A stretch of DNA of 63,957 nt, the filler included, from Welwitschia mirabilis (lineage: Eukaryota), in the NCBI GenBank assembly GCA_051453625.1. It is 7 parts of one record of this genome, joined end to end, with 100 filler letters (N's around TTAATTAATTAA, not from the genome) between each part and the next. Parts side by side here need not be neighbours in the genome. Positions count along the whole stretch, not along the records: positions 1 to 15,006 come from JBOZIK010000001.1; 6 more parts are not named here. One strand, written 5' to 3'. The notes under the pieces are model-generated. The model saw nothing but the letters and a program-made list of their open reading frames with translations, was not told the origin of the DNA and searched no databases. Made by a program: the position numbers and the translations under genes. Of this stretch, positions 1 to 13,450 are shown piece by piece (position 1 is the stretch's first letter; every line of letters starts with the position of its first letter).

Positions 1-1046
1 TTTAGGCAAAATATATACTTCCTATCTAAAGTATCTAGATAATTGTACAAATGATAGAAGAACTTATGCTAACTAGTAAACTTACTGGACTAGTTTGGCA
101 GTTGATGTGGATCCTATGTGATGTGGTATTATCTCCTATGACATTCAGATGATTAGTAGGATAAAACCTAAAAATAATGCTTTACTAATTTTTATCAAAC
201 TTTTACCATGTGTTTTGCACCTTCTTATATGGCTATTAGGGCTTTACTGAGTCTATTAGTGTTTACTCTTTTTAGAGTATGTTATTGTAATAAATGTCTC
301 ATTTGTCCTTGACTCCAAATTTATCTTCTTTAGTATTAAAAATTCTTATGATAGGAGATTTAAGGATAGGAGGTTCATCCGTTATTGTTGCAAAGAGATG
401 TATTCCTTGGTGTTGGGCTATGTATCCTTTATTGAGGTGCTGTTTCTTTGTAACATGGATGTTGGTTTGACTTAACTAAAACTCTATTTTCTCTTTTCAC
501 ATCATTTGTTATGTGCATCTCTTGTATGATATATGTTGCTTTTGAGTGTATGACAGCTTTATCTATGATATAGATCACAAGGGTAATCTTTATTAAGGTT
601 GACATTGTTAGTTTAGATGCATTGCATTTCATTTTGTACATTAACTTTACATGGTTTTTATATTCTATTTGACACACTTGATAGCTTAGGTTGGTCTTAA
701 TCTGATGATGGCTTGCCTTCATTGATCTATGTTATACATGACTAATCTCCATGATAGGTTGATTAGGTAATTAAATAGATGTTGCATTTAGAATAAATGT
801 TGCATCTCATTTACATAGTATATTTATTTACATTGTTATTTTTCATTATTATTATTCTACTTAGAGATTACATAAGTATTTCATTTTGAAATTAGTTCTC
901 TTTCTTCTTGCCTATGCCTTTAGTGGAATTACGACATTTGTGTCACTCCTATCTATATTAGTGTATTATGTTGTGTAATATATATATTTTTGTGATTTAA
1001 GAATTTATTTAAGGACATAATGTTTACACAACTATACACCACAACA
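1..1046 (+). repeat. Athila-like family-A LTR (5' part outside window; 3' or solo LTR)
   Basis: Aligns by eye with the reverse complement of LTR 20933-22210 (e.g. ctcctatctatattagtgt, tggcagttga, atggctattag). Ends in CACCACAACA, like the other family-A LTR ends. No PBS follows. Confidence 0.75.
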
Positions 1047-1099
1047 TATCCATTATTGCATTTAAGTTTATTTAATTAATTTTACAAGGATAACAATTT

Positions 1100-1959
1100 A
1101 TGTATTAATTAGGTCATATGAGATATTTTTATTTCTATTTAAAGAAAAATCTTAGATACAATATTATAGATTTCCTAATCATCCTTTCAAGACTTGAAAA
1201 TCTCTATGAATTATTGTTTTGAGCAACCTTCAATGTATAAATCATTACATACCTGAGAGAATAGGTTTTGAATATTTAAAGGTGATGGATGGGTAAAATA
1301 TTTGATGAATTCATGGATAGAAATGATGTCTTATCAACAAAATATCCCAATTATGATATTGATGTGAGAGAAAGGAATAAAGTGTTATTAAGAAGATTAT
1401 AAGGATCTACTTTAGAAACATTAAACATCCTATGAAAGGAAAGTATTAAGAATCAAGACTTAATAATAATTGATAAAGCTACTTCTAAGATATATAAAAT
1501 GATTGATAAATGAACCAATATAATTCTAATGTTGATTAGAAAAAAAAAAGATGTGATTAATGAGCTAGATATAGAAGAGATAAAGATTAGTAAAATAATT
1601 TCTAAATATATTAAATTATGGATGATTCATTTGAAAAAGGCATAGATAAGATAATTAAACATATAGATAAAGTTTTAATAGCTCAAGTAATACAAAAGAT
1701 CTACCTCTTAAAGATGGCCTTAATTATATTAAAGTAAAACCTAGTAGATCATTAATTATTAGTGTCAACCTTACTCACTCCCAAAATAATAAAACTAAGA
1801 TATATGTTGTTAAAGAGAGATAAATATTTTACTTGAATTCATGAAGAATTAGAAGGAATAGATTCAATCTTTATCAACATGGAATTCATTTAGATATATC
1901 ATTAAAACTTATTAGGCATCTTGAAAGAAAGTGTAATTATCATAATTAGAAAGCCATTC

Positions 1960-1996
<37 letters not shown>

Positions 1997-4056
1997 AAAT
2001 AAAATAAAGATTCACTTATCCTAAATCCAATTCAAAATGGGTAATATCATTAATTTTATATCTAAAAAAAGAAAGAAAATGAAGAATACATATATATTTT
2101 ATAATACTAAATGATGCAATTATAAAGACCATTTTCATCTTCCATTTGGAGATCAAGTTTTAAATAAAATACTAGGATAGGCGTTCTTGATTTTTCTCTT
2201 ATATTTGTAGATCAATTTTTAAACAAAATGTTAGAGCATGAATGTTATAACTCTACTAGTGAATATTGTGATCATCACTCATAAAAATCAAGCAACAACT
2301 ACTTTTACATGTTATTAGGAAACATATGATTTTTAAGTCTTTCCATTTGGATTATGTAATACTCCTATGACATTTCAAATATTAGTATCTTTAAGATATG
2401 ATTGAAAAGTTAGTAGAAATATTCATAAATGATGTTTTCACATATGATAATGAGTTTATTGAATCTCTTTTTATATTAAAAAAGATATGATAAGCATATA
2501 AATAGAAGACGTTGAAGCAAAGTTTGTCTAAATTTCATCTAATGGTTAAGCAATGAATAGTACTAGGCCATAAAATTCTAAAGAGAAAATTAAAATAGAT
2601 ATGAATAAAATCAAATTTATAAAAAAAATAAAACCTCCAACTCAACTAAAAAAATTACATGTTTTCTAGGTTATGGTAGATATTATAGAAAATCCATAAC
2701 TGTCTTCACTCATATTTCTAAACCATTAACTTATTTTATATAAAAAGATGTAGAATTTGAGTGAACTGAGAAATGTCAACAAGCATTTCAAACTTTAGAA
2801 TAGAAATGTTTAGAAGCATTATCCCTACAAGGGCCTAAGTAGATAAAAACTTTGCATCTTATAACTGATGCACCTAACAATGTACTAGGAGTTATTAGTA
2901 CTTAAAAAGATGAGGATAACAAATACGTTAAAGTTTAAATTTAGCCTAATTAAACTATTCAATAATACAAAGGGAAATTCTTATACATGTTTTTATCATG
3001 CAAAAATTTAGACACTATGTATTATGCTATGAGACTAAGATTCAATTGAGCCATAGTTCTACCAAATTTTCAATAACTAAAATATAACATATATCAAGAA
3101 TGTTGAAATAGAACTACTCATGTAGGAATTTGATCTAAAAATCATAGAAAAAAAGGGTATAAAAAATGTAGTCCTTAAGATTACTCATCAACATTATATT
3201 TTTATAATGATGAAGAAGCAATTGATATAAGAATAGAATTTAATAGTGAACAATTATTAAGTATACAAAAATACTATGGTTTTTAAACTTTATAAATTTT
3301 CTAGCCAATGAATAATTGCTAGAATATTTGAATTTTTATTAAAAGAAAATATTATTAAGAGAAAGTAATAATTATGTTTAGCATAAAAATTGGCTATTTA
3401 AACTTTATAAGGATGGGATCGATAGGAGATGCGTAAAGGAAAAGAATTAACATGAAACTATAAAATAATCTCATGAAGGAGGAGGAGAATTTCATTATGA
3501 TGGAAAATGAATAACATCAAAAGTTTACAATATGTATATTATTATCCTACTTTATTTAGAAATGCATTTAATTTTGTAAGAAATTATAATTAGTTCCAAA
3601 GAGAAGAAAGTCTAACAATGTAAATGAAAATGTCACGATAAGGACTATAGGTGATAAAACCCTTTAATAAATGAGTTATTAACTTTATAGATTCCATGAA
3701 TCCCAAGTCATATGGAATGAATACACCATTTTATATATTAAGTACTTTAATAAGAAGGCTAAAGATAAAGTTTTTCCTAATTATACTATTCATACATCCT
3801 CTAAATTTATTATTAAAAATATCATTCATAGATTTAGTTCCTAAAATTCATATCCCTAAAAATATTTCTTATTTTACTAGTTATGACTTCTCTAAACTCT
3901 TAAAGTGTTTTAGAATTCATCATAGATAGTCCACAGATTATAACTCTCAAATAAATAGCTAAGAATTATTAATGGATTAAATAAAATCTTAACCTAAATC
4001 ATAAGTAAAAATAAAATTGATTAGGAAGATAGACTAAGAAACGCCTTCTACATGCA
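1100..4056 (+). pseudogene. Degenerate Ty3/gypsy (non-chromovirus, Athila/Tat-like) pol: RT-RNase H-integrase
   Basis: Broken motifs: KDHFHLPFGDQVL (~2125), FPFGLCNTPMTFQ (~2340), VEIFINDVF (YxDD equivalent, ~2415), ITDAPNNVLGV (RNase H, ~2860), HEGGG..HY (integrase zinc finger, ~3470), PFNK*VINFID (~3660). Many stops and frameshifts. Confidence 0.85.
1962..1992. repeat. (AT)n microsatellite inside RT remnant
   Basis: About 15 perfect AT units. Confidence 0.95.
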
Positions 4057-5230
4057 TGATGAGGGGTAATTTGAATAATTATATCCTTAGATTTAATTTA
4101 ACTTTTACTATTATATTCCTTAATTATGTTAATTCGTAATCATAATGTGATGTTTATGTTTATTTAGTAAATATTATATTTCTAACACCAAAATTGCTAA
4201 ATTGCATGTAATTGAGCTTAAGAATATGATTCTAAATTCTTCTTATTATAAGATATACTTCATCAGCACCATCAATGAGACAATTTGACATAACCACCAT
4301 TTAGAACTCACCTTATCCAAACTTTTGCATGCAATCTTGATTAATTAAAGACTACATGTTTTAACTTCACAAAAATGGAATTAATGTAATTTTATTTACT
4401 TCCTTAAGAAGACATTTTATTAATAGAATCTTAAACTCATAATTATTGAGATGTAATATAATTAAATTAAATAAGTCTTATTAACCTCTTTTTTTAATTT
4501 ATAATTGATGAATTTCTCTTGGATGTCTCATATTCATATTACCTAAGAAATAGAGGCTATCTATTTTAAGATATAGATTGAATTATAATATGCATACATT
4601 ATTATTGATGTTTTATTTATATGCCATGAAATTTTAAATAGTCTTCTAGGACATAGTTCATTAAACAATTTTATGATTAGATTAATATAATTATTTTTTA
4701 TATAATACAACTTAAGGTAATAAGGAATATTTGTTATTTGTATAATTATTCCTTGAGTTATTACTATGATTTTAGTGTACATTAAGTTATTTTATGATTT
4801 TATCCTAGCTCTTAATCTTGTCTTCATAATTAATTTTCAATTGAGTTTTTTTTCCTTAATAAGAAAAAGTTAAGAACGTTAAAATAACTAAATAATATTG
4901 ATTGTGATATCAATTTGATTAGAATTATAATATTCAATTAAGATTTAGATTGAGTTTTATTTTATGTAAACTATCAACTAAGCTAAATAATTATATTTAA
5001 AAAAACTTACTAATAGCTTTATTAATTCATATTTAAGTATACGCAAATTTACTACATTAACATAATTCCTATTAATTTTTGTTATTTTGTGAGACAAGGT
5101 GCTAACCGTAATTTATTATTCTAATATATTAAACCTATTGTATTTAATTATTATTATATGATTTTTATTATAAAATTTATTTAATTCCCTACCAAAAAAT
5201 GATATTATTGAGACACTATACTACGATTGT
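4057..5230 (+). repeat. Probable LTR-like insertion truncating the integrase
   Basis: Integrase similarity stops at TGATGAGGGG, which resembles Athila LTR starts, and non-coding AT-rich sequence follows. No partner copy in the window; right end uncertain. Confidence 0.3.
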
Positions 5231-6019
5231 TAGTTGTCTTTTTATTTTCCCCCCAAAGTAATTTACTTTTAATAATCCAATGCATGTTATTAAATATGTT
5301 TTATGTAGTAAAAGCATAATGAAAGTTATGTTTTGGAATTATTAATGGATAGTGGTACAATAGATTAAGTAATTTGCTAAGATCTTTCTTTCATTCATTT
5401 TCTTTTTAATTTTCTAATAGTATCAAGATTTTTGTTCCTTTACATCTAATGCATTTTTCTTTTCCACATATTCTTGAACTAGAGTAGGAAGCTTTCTTTG
5501 TTAAAAGAGTTTCATCTATTTAAGATTTTTAATCTTAATCCTTATGGGATAGTAGGTATAAAGGATTTGTTTCTCTTTTCTCTATTAGCATTACTAAAGC
5601 AAGGAAAGGTATGCTTAATATTTTATTAGTAATCTTCTTTATAGTAATATTTTTCCTAGCAAATTTTCTTTTTAATGATTTCTATTTCTAAAATTAGAGC
5701 TACATGTAATTTTTTAAAAATGTAAATTTTCATAAAGGTAGAATTAGAGTGCTTCTTTTTTATATTTTTTCCTTTTTAAAATTTCTCATCTACATTTTCA
5801 TTTCTCTAGTGTTATTACCTATGTCTATTAATACTATTGTTCATCTATGAAACTTAGTCTAAAAATTGGTATTTATGCTTTCTATTATATGAAATTTATA
5901 ATATCAAAACCAAGATACTTCAAAACCACTACCATGCCATAGAATTTTTTTTTTTAGTTTTCTTTATTGCCTCCTTTATTTATAAGAATTATGCACCTAT
6001 CTTGTATTTTGGAATCTTC

Positions 6020-7260
6020 TGTAAATATAGCAATAGCTCAAATATTTTTCCATTCTTACCAATTACCATGAAAGTATTTATCTCCTAATTATGCAAGCAC
6101 TTTGTATCATATTGCCATTGTCTACCTAATAATAGACGCAACAATCCATAAGAATAACATCATAATAGCTTTGATTATCAAATTCACTAATCTTGAAGTT
6201 AACTAGATACTATTTTGTAACTAAAGTATGATGTCCTTTCTGCAATCAAGAGATTTAATGTTGCTGGATGTAACACATTTTTTAACTTTTTCACCATCTC
6301 ACTAAAAAACAAATTATCAGTTCTTGCATTATCGATTATAACCTTACATGCCTTGTCCTTACATTTACATCTAGTTCTGAAGAGTTTTCTCTATTCCACT
6401 AGCTTCTTAATAGTTTTCACTTCTTGTATGATATTTTTTATAACAATTATATTTTTCTACCTCTCACTAGCAATCTTTTTTTATTCCTTATTTTTGGATT
6501 CGTTACTTGTCTCACTATTCTCAAAGATGGAATTTATGTGTATAGCCTCCTTACTTAATTAATACTTATAATAATTATATTCTAGTTTATGAAATTTTTA
6601 GTAGGCTTCAAAAAATTTCCTTCTTCATTTCTTCCTTTGTAGGTACCTCTCTTACCTTTGATGTCTTCTTTACCTTTGTTTCATCATTCTTGATTTGTCC
6701 TTTCTCCTTTCTTATGACCCATTCTTTATGGTTTTTTCCCCTTTAAAACTTTCTTTATTGGAATAGTTTTTTGGTTGCAACTTATCTTCTACTTGTAGGG
6801 CTAATTGGTATGATTCCTCTATCATTTTATAGGAAATCATAGCAATCTCATATTAAATAACTAAATTATTAATATAACTAGTTATCTCTTCCATCCCAAA
6901 ATCAAGATTTCATTATTAGATAGCAAGCATGTGAAATGGTTCCTTCTAATCTATTATAGAATTTTCTCCTTAAGAAAGTATCTACATCTTCCTTATCATC
7001 TTTACCTTAGTGAAATATACATGAGCTTTTCTTAAAAACTCTCCTTCATGTAGTTCTAAGAGTTTGAAAGACCTCAATCTTACCTTTCTTCCAAATATAC
7101 TCCTACTAACTTGCTATAACACCTTGTAAGTGAGTTGAAGAAATATTCATCTTGTTTTCTTCAATAATGTCCTTCATGTTAAAGTACTACTCCATGGCTG
7201 AGATCTAGTTTTAAATCTTTTCTACCTTCAACCTTCCTTTAAATGATGTCATGCTCACTA
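6020..7260 (-). pseudogene. CRM-like Ty3/gypsy gag-protease remnant
   Basis: Minus strand reads MTSFKGRLKVE..ISAME*YFNMKDIIEENKMNISSTHLQG (gag), ACKVIIDNARTDNL (decayed DSG protease motif) and LQKGHHTLVTK..YDVILMDCC..GRQWQYD, typical of CRM-clade polyproteins. Confidence 0.75.
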
Positions 7261-7389
7261 CCTTTTTTTTTTTTTTTTTTTGGTTGAAAACAAAAGAGCA
7301 AGAAAAACTAGTAAGATTTTTTCTAAGATTAAAATCTTATTTCTATTCTATTATTACACTATAGAACTTGCTTTAAAAGGAAAACACAC

Positions 7390-8775
7390 TATTAACATGC
7401 AAAATTTACATTTATGTCACGTGTTTTAGGCCAATTTATTATAAATAAAGATATTAGTTTAACTATTTTAGTCATAAACTATGTCTTCTATTATTTTGAA
7501 AATAGAACTTAATTTTATGCTTTTGTCTATAATAATTACAAATCTTTAGCCATGTTTTGGAATACTTAGGGAAAGATGAACACAATTCCACATCAAACAA
7601 CAGTGGTAATGGAGACATAAGATAGTGACACATAGTAGCATTAGAAAAGATCTGATAGAGGCATATGGAAGCAAAACTAGAGACATATCACAATAGCACT
7701 TGTTGATATAGAACTCTAGCTATAAAGGCTAGATGTTAGATTCATTATCATGAATATTATACCTAATACTACATGATAAGCTCCACCAGATGCAACAACC
7801 CAACCTCTACTAAATCATAAATAGTAAAGATTCTACCTAATGCTATAGGATAGAGTGTTATCTACCTAACGCTACATGATAACCTCTACTAAATGCTACA
7901 AAATAGAATCTTATCCACCTAATACTAAATGATAAAGATTCTACCTAATGATATAAGAGGGGTCCATCCATCTCATCTGCCATTACAAGCAAAATACTTC
8001 CAACCACATCAACTCTACCCTTGCCTATAAAAGAACCTTGTGACTTTATTTGTAATCATCCTTTGGTTGGAAAAGTGTAATAGAAATCCTTAGAGTATCA
8101 AAGTCTACATAACCTTCTAAGTACTTTTTTTATGAGCAAATTTATTTTGAGGAAGGCTTGAGGAGTTCATACTAGCATTTTCTTCTTTCATAGATGTAAT
8201 GTATGTTTTTTATTTAATATAAAGTAGTTATTCTCTTTTGATTTCAAGTTTCAAATAAATTTGTACTTTTCATACTTAAGAAACAACTCCATTACCAAGC
8301 TCTATTATTACTCAAGTGAATTCCATAGTTTACTAGTTTAAGTCTCTTTTATTTGATGGTGCTTTAAAGTCCTTACTTTTCATACTAATTAAAGGGATGT
8401 AAAGGACCAAGTGATTATTAAGTTTACCAATCCTGATATGGTGAATTAAATTATGTCATCATGACCTAATCCATTACTACTTAATAGTTTAAGTATCTTT
8501 CAAGAATTTGTAGGACATCTTTAAATTGAAGGATTTTTGAAGGACAAATTAAGTTAAACGTTGGAGTTTATTCACTTCCCTACCTCTCTAAATCAACTTT
8601 CAACAAACATTCTCAAATTTTCTATTTTATTTTTTTCTTTCATTGTAATTACAACATAATAAAATTTGTATAATTTCTACTAAGTTTACCATAATTATCC
8701 CTGTAAAAAAACAATACTAGATCCTTACTAAGTTTATTTTTATTTAATGACATGATAACTTCTCAAGACGAGCAT
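7390..8775 (+). repeat. Athila-like family-B LTR (diverged 5' LTR)
   Basis: Start tattaacatgcaaaatttacatttatgtcacgtgttttaggccaatttatt matches the reverse complement of the ends at 25658 and 44249. Has the same internal ctacctaatgcta repeats. Right end approximate. Confidence 0.7.
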
Positions 8776-11700
8776 AAATTTTCTTTCTTGTAAACTTTAG
8801 ATTAATTTTTTTAAACGTTTTTTAAGTATTTGATGCTAATTCTCTCTAATGGGACTCAAACTTATCCGTTTTTTGATTATTTTATGTGTTTCTTTCCTTT
8901 TTGTTCTTTCTAGTGATGGGTACTCATCCCTTTTTAGTGATACTTGAACTAGTTCATTTAAGGGCTTATTTAGTTTTTCTTCTCTAACAATATTTTGATA
9001 TCAACTAATTTGTATTGCAAACCTAGTAAATTTTTTGTAGGTTGCAATCAAAACAAGGCAAAAAGCTAACTCATGACTTGTTCTATTTTGTGCTTAATTT
9101 TGATTTCTATTTTATAGAGTAGTTTTTATTTTAATACATTTTTTAGTTCATCTATTATAACTTCTACAAATGAAAAAATTAAATTTTTAGGATTATTTTT
9201 CTTTAAAAATTATTTTGAGTACAACTAAACTAGTATCACTGCCTCTCCTGACTGGCACTGCTTGCATTATTGCATAAACTTCTTTGAGACTTAAACCAAA
9301 CCCTTTATGAACATCTAGAAATCGTTTTGTCATATGAGCCCTATCTAAAAATTATCTAAAACTTGTATACCTTTGATCTAAGATGATTAGAAATATTAAG
9401 AAGAAATCAATTCACCCAAAATATGGATCCTAACACTAAAGGTAATAAAGAGCAAACATGAAGACCAATTCTAAGAAAATATCTAATGAGAATAGGCTTT
9501 AAGATCTCAATAAAATCCAAATTTTCAATTAGCTCTTTAATACTCTTACCATAATATACCCTTATCTAATAAATAATTATTAAATAAACTTTATACTTAC
9601 TACCTTAATTAGTGATAAGCTTTAAATACTAGTCAAGACCCATTACAAAACCAACAATAACCCCACTTCCCCCAAGGCAAAACCTTCAAAACTACTTAAA
9701 ACCCTAAGGCTTAGGAACATCCTTGTATATAGTGCAATCATTAATAGCTTAAAGGTTAGAATTTAAGCCATTCACCATTCAATTTTTACCTTACTTTTAT
9801 GGCTTAGAATTAGATGATCCTTACTTATAACTTAAGGAATTTCAGTATGTATTATCTGTTGTACGCTAATATCCCAACACTTAAAACACTCATAGGCTTA
9901 CTTTTTCTTCATGCTCCATAAAATAAAATGCTAAATCACGACTCTCCAATCTTAAACCCTCATTCATTATATCCTAATCTGATTTAAACAAATCATTCAG
10001 CTCAAAATTCTTCCTAAAACATAAGACAAATTCTTTAAGGGGAGCAAGTGAATTATCAATAAAAGAATCATGAGACTTTCTTTCAAGCCTTAGAAAGATT
10101 TAAGGATCAAATTTAAGATTGTTCATAACATGAATTCAAGCTAGGGAGGAAAATTATCTTCTTTTACAATGGATTATTCATAAATAATAGGCAGCTGGTT
10201 GAGATGAAAAGGAAGGGTACTTTTCATAGTATGCCATTAGATGAAGTGTGGGATTACCTTGAAACTATAGCTGAATGCTCTAAAAATTAGGAGAAGCCAA
10301 GTGAAACATCTAGATCTCATCATCCTATTAGGTTCACAAGTGTATTCAAGGTACCTAATAACTGTGACATCAATAATAAGATAGAAGAGCTAAAACAAAG
10401 AGTAGAATCATTGTCCAGTTCACTTCCACATTTTCCTAGAGAACCTAAATGCCTAATTTCCCAAATAGACATGCAAGAGATATTTGAATATTGATCCATT
10501 CCCATATTTTAACACACAATAAATAAAGAAGTTAATAAAATAGGACACAAGTAGTAAAACCAAAAAAATGACCCTTGTTTTTAACACCTACAACCCTAGG
10601 TGGAGGAATCATTCCAACTTTTTTAAGAAATAAAATAACTCATATTATTAAAATCATAACAACCAATTAAGAAACTCATTTCCTTCATCATCCTGTCACC
10701 CCTTTTCATGAAACTATTAAAAACTCTCTTCATATATCCTATTAAAGGGATTATTAAAAAAAATCATAGACACCTAAATCTAGATTAACCATGATCAAAC
10801 TCGAATCAACCATAACCATGAAAGATCTCTTAAGTAACATCGCTCTACCTTAAACAATCTTAAATATACCATTCAAATCTAAACACAAATGCTTCAATAA
10901 ATTCTCTCTTCTTTAAACTTAAGAAAGCTTGGAAAACTCCCCATGAGCTTACAACCAAATCCAAAAGGAGTTAAATTTGTAAAAGAATTAGAGCCTACTT
11001 ACATTAAAGAAATCAAGGACATTTATTTTTGAAGTGATAAGGAATTAAGTAGCTAATTAAAGTAAAAGATAATCAAGGAAAAACCAATATTTATAGGAAA
11101 TAAGAAAAAAGATGAAATAATAGAGAAACCTTTACCCATTTATGAAGAACTTTTATTTTTTGCTCAATAAATTAGGAAGGATAACATTATGAAGAAAACA
11201 ATTAAAGGCTTTAGAAATGTTTAAAGAAATAAAGATAAATATCCCCATCTTAAAAGTGATTATGAAACTTTCTTCCTATACAAAGTTCCTCAAGGACATG
11301 TTCACAATAAAAAGACATATGAACATAAAAAGTAATACTTTTTAGTGTAGCAAATAAATAGAATTCTTCATAACAAATTTTTACCCAAATACAAAGACCC
11401 TAGTTGCCATATAATTAGTATTAAAATTGAAAAAATACAACTTAACCAAACCTCATTAGATTTAAAGTCTAGTATAAACTTGCTTTCCTATAATACTTTC
11501 AAAGAATTAGGCTTGAAAGGGCTTAAAAACACAAGCTTTAACTTCAATGTGGTGATAATTTTATAAAAACCCTACTAGGATTTATCTAAGATGTTATCAT
11601 TAGGCTAGATAGTTGTTATTTTTTGATGGATTTATATATAACAAATTAGTCAATACCTATCATCTTAGGAAGACCTTTCCTAGCAATACTAAATGCCTTA

Positions 11701-11877
11701 ATTTACTATAATAATGGTTCAATGAAAATATCTTTTGACAACATGATGATAGAATCAAATGTTTTCAATGCCTTGAAATTGCCTTCTAATCATAATGAAA
11801 TAGAGCATCTACATAGGATAGAAAATCTTCTTGAAGATCAAGAACCTCTTAAGAAGCATACTTTAGATCATCTTATA

Positions 11878-12820
11878 GAACCTAAATGCCTAATTTTCCA
11901 CATAGACATGCAAGAGATAGTTGAGTATCGATCTATTTCCATATTTTAACACAAAGTTAAAAAACAAGTTAATAGAGTAGGAGACTAGTAGCAAAACTAG
12001 AAAAATAACCCCTATTTGAACACCTATAAGCTTGGGTGGAGGAGTCATTCCAACTTTTCTTAGAAATAAGATAAATCATATTATCAAAATCATAACAACC
12101 AACCAAAAAATTCATTTCGTTCATCATCCTTTCATCCCTTTTCATGAAACTATCAAAAACTCTATTCATATATCCTACTAGAGGACTTATTAAAAAACTT
12201 CATAGACATCTAAATCTAGATTAACCATGACCAAACCCAAACCAACCATAACCATGAAACATCTCTTAAGTAACATTCCTCTACCTTAAATAACCTTGAA
12301 TATACCATTCAAATCTAAACACAATGCTTCAATAAATTCTCTCTTCTTTAAACTTAAGAGATCTTGGAAAAGTCTCCATGAGCTACAACCATATCTAAAA
12401 GGAGTTAGATTTGCAAAAGGATTAGAACCTACTCACATTAAAGAAATCAAGGACATCCATCTTATAAGTGGTAAGGAATTAAGCAACCAACTAAAGTAAA
12501 AGATGACTAAGAAAAACCAATCTCTATAGGAAACAAGGGAAAAGATGAAATAATAGAGAAACCTTTGCCCATTTATAAAGACTTTTAACTTTTTCTCAAT
12601 AAATTAGATAGGAGAACATTATGAAGAAAACAATTAGAGGCATTAGAAATCTTTAAAGAAGTAAAGATAAATATCCCCCTCTTGGATGTAATTATGAAAG
12701 TTTCTTCCTATACAAAGTTCCTCAAGGACATGTTCACAATAAAAAGACATATGAACATAAAAGGTATAACCTTTTTAATGTAGCAAATAAATAAAATTCT
12801 TTAGAACCAATTTTTACCCA
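11878..12820 (+). repeat. Direct duplicate of 10441-11387 (gag C-terminal region)
   Basis: Both copies start gaacctaaatgcctaattt, end tttttaccca, and are colinear and highly similar throughout. Confidence 0.95.
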
Positions 12821-13450
12821 CCTTTCCTGAATGCTACTAATATATGAAGGTGTGTAACCATGGTGTGACTATTATGAAATGATGGATTGATATTATGAAT
12901 CAGTCCTCTATGTAAAACTCTATAGGCAAGAGTCAACTATATCACAAGAACACCCTCCCTATCGAATGTCAAATTGTGTCTTATGTATAATGCTCTCTAT
13001 ACCAGCAGCACAATGAATATGTAAGCTCCCAATACCCCCTAGATCTATAATTGCTACAATTTGGTTTGGGAGAATTAAGATCTTGTGAGTTCATATCGAT
13101 GCTACAATCATATCCACTAGGTAACCAGGAGAGTCAGGGCGTATCTCCATGTACATGGTGTCATAAAACTTCCTAGTCTCTGATACCTAGTATGTTTCAT
13201 GTGCATCCAAAATCTAATGGAGCTATAAATTAAAAAGCCTCTAATCAACCTTTGGCTTCAATCTACTCATAAAATCTCCAAAGTGTCACTCGACACCAAT
13301 GGTAGTAGTCTGAATTATAAGCAAACGTCTGTGTCAAGGCAAGGGATGTATTAGCTCCGCACTCTCTACCTCTAGTGATACTAATGGGCCCGCCTTTTAC
13401 TCTACAACTTCTGCCTAAGCCTTAGCCTGTCTAGCTCTATGCATATGGGG
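12821..13450 (-). pseudogene. Athila-type extra ('env-like') ORF remnant
   Basis: Minus strand reads ..ETY*VSETRKFYDTMYMEIRPDSPGYLVDMIVASI*THKILILPNQIVAIIDL, resembling the Y..LVREFY...VRG..I...I..L pattern of Athila/SIRE extra ORFs. Lies downstream of pol in the same orientation. Confidence 0.55.

Larger units (their letters stand above)
7390..12820 (+). mobile_element. 3'-truncated Athila-like family-B retrotransposon (LTR-UTR-gag-protease plus partial gag duplication)
   Basis: Gag from ~9650 is homologous to 40400-41990(-) (FYGLELDDPYL, MPLDEVWDYLE). Protease LLDLKSSINLL at ~11452 and IILGRPFLA at ~11660. Confidence 0.85.

Noticed and set aside
7263..7282. Poly-T run as a LINE/SINE tail
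   Set aside because: No TSD or Pol III boxes recognised.
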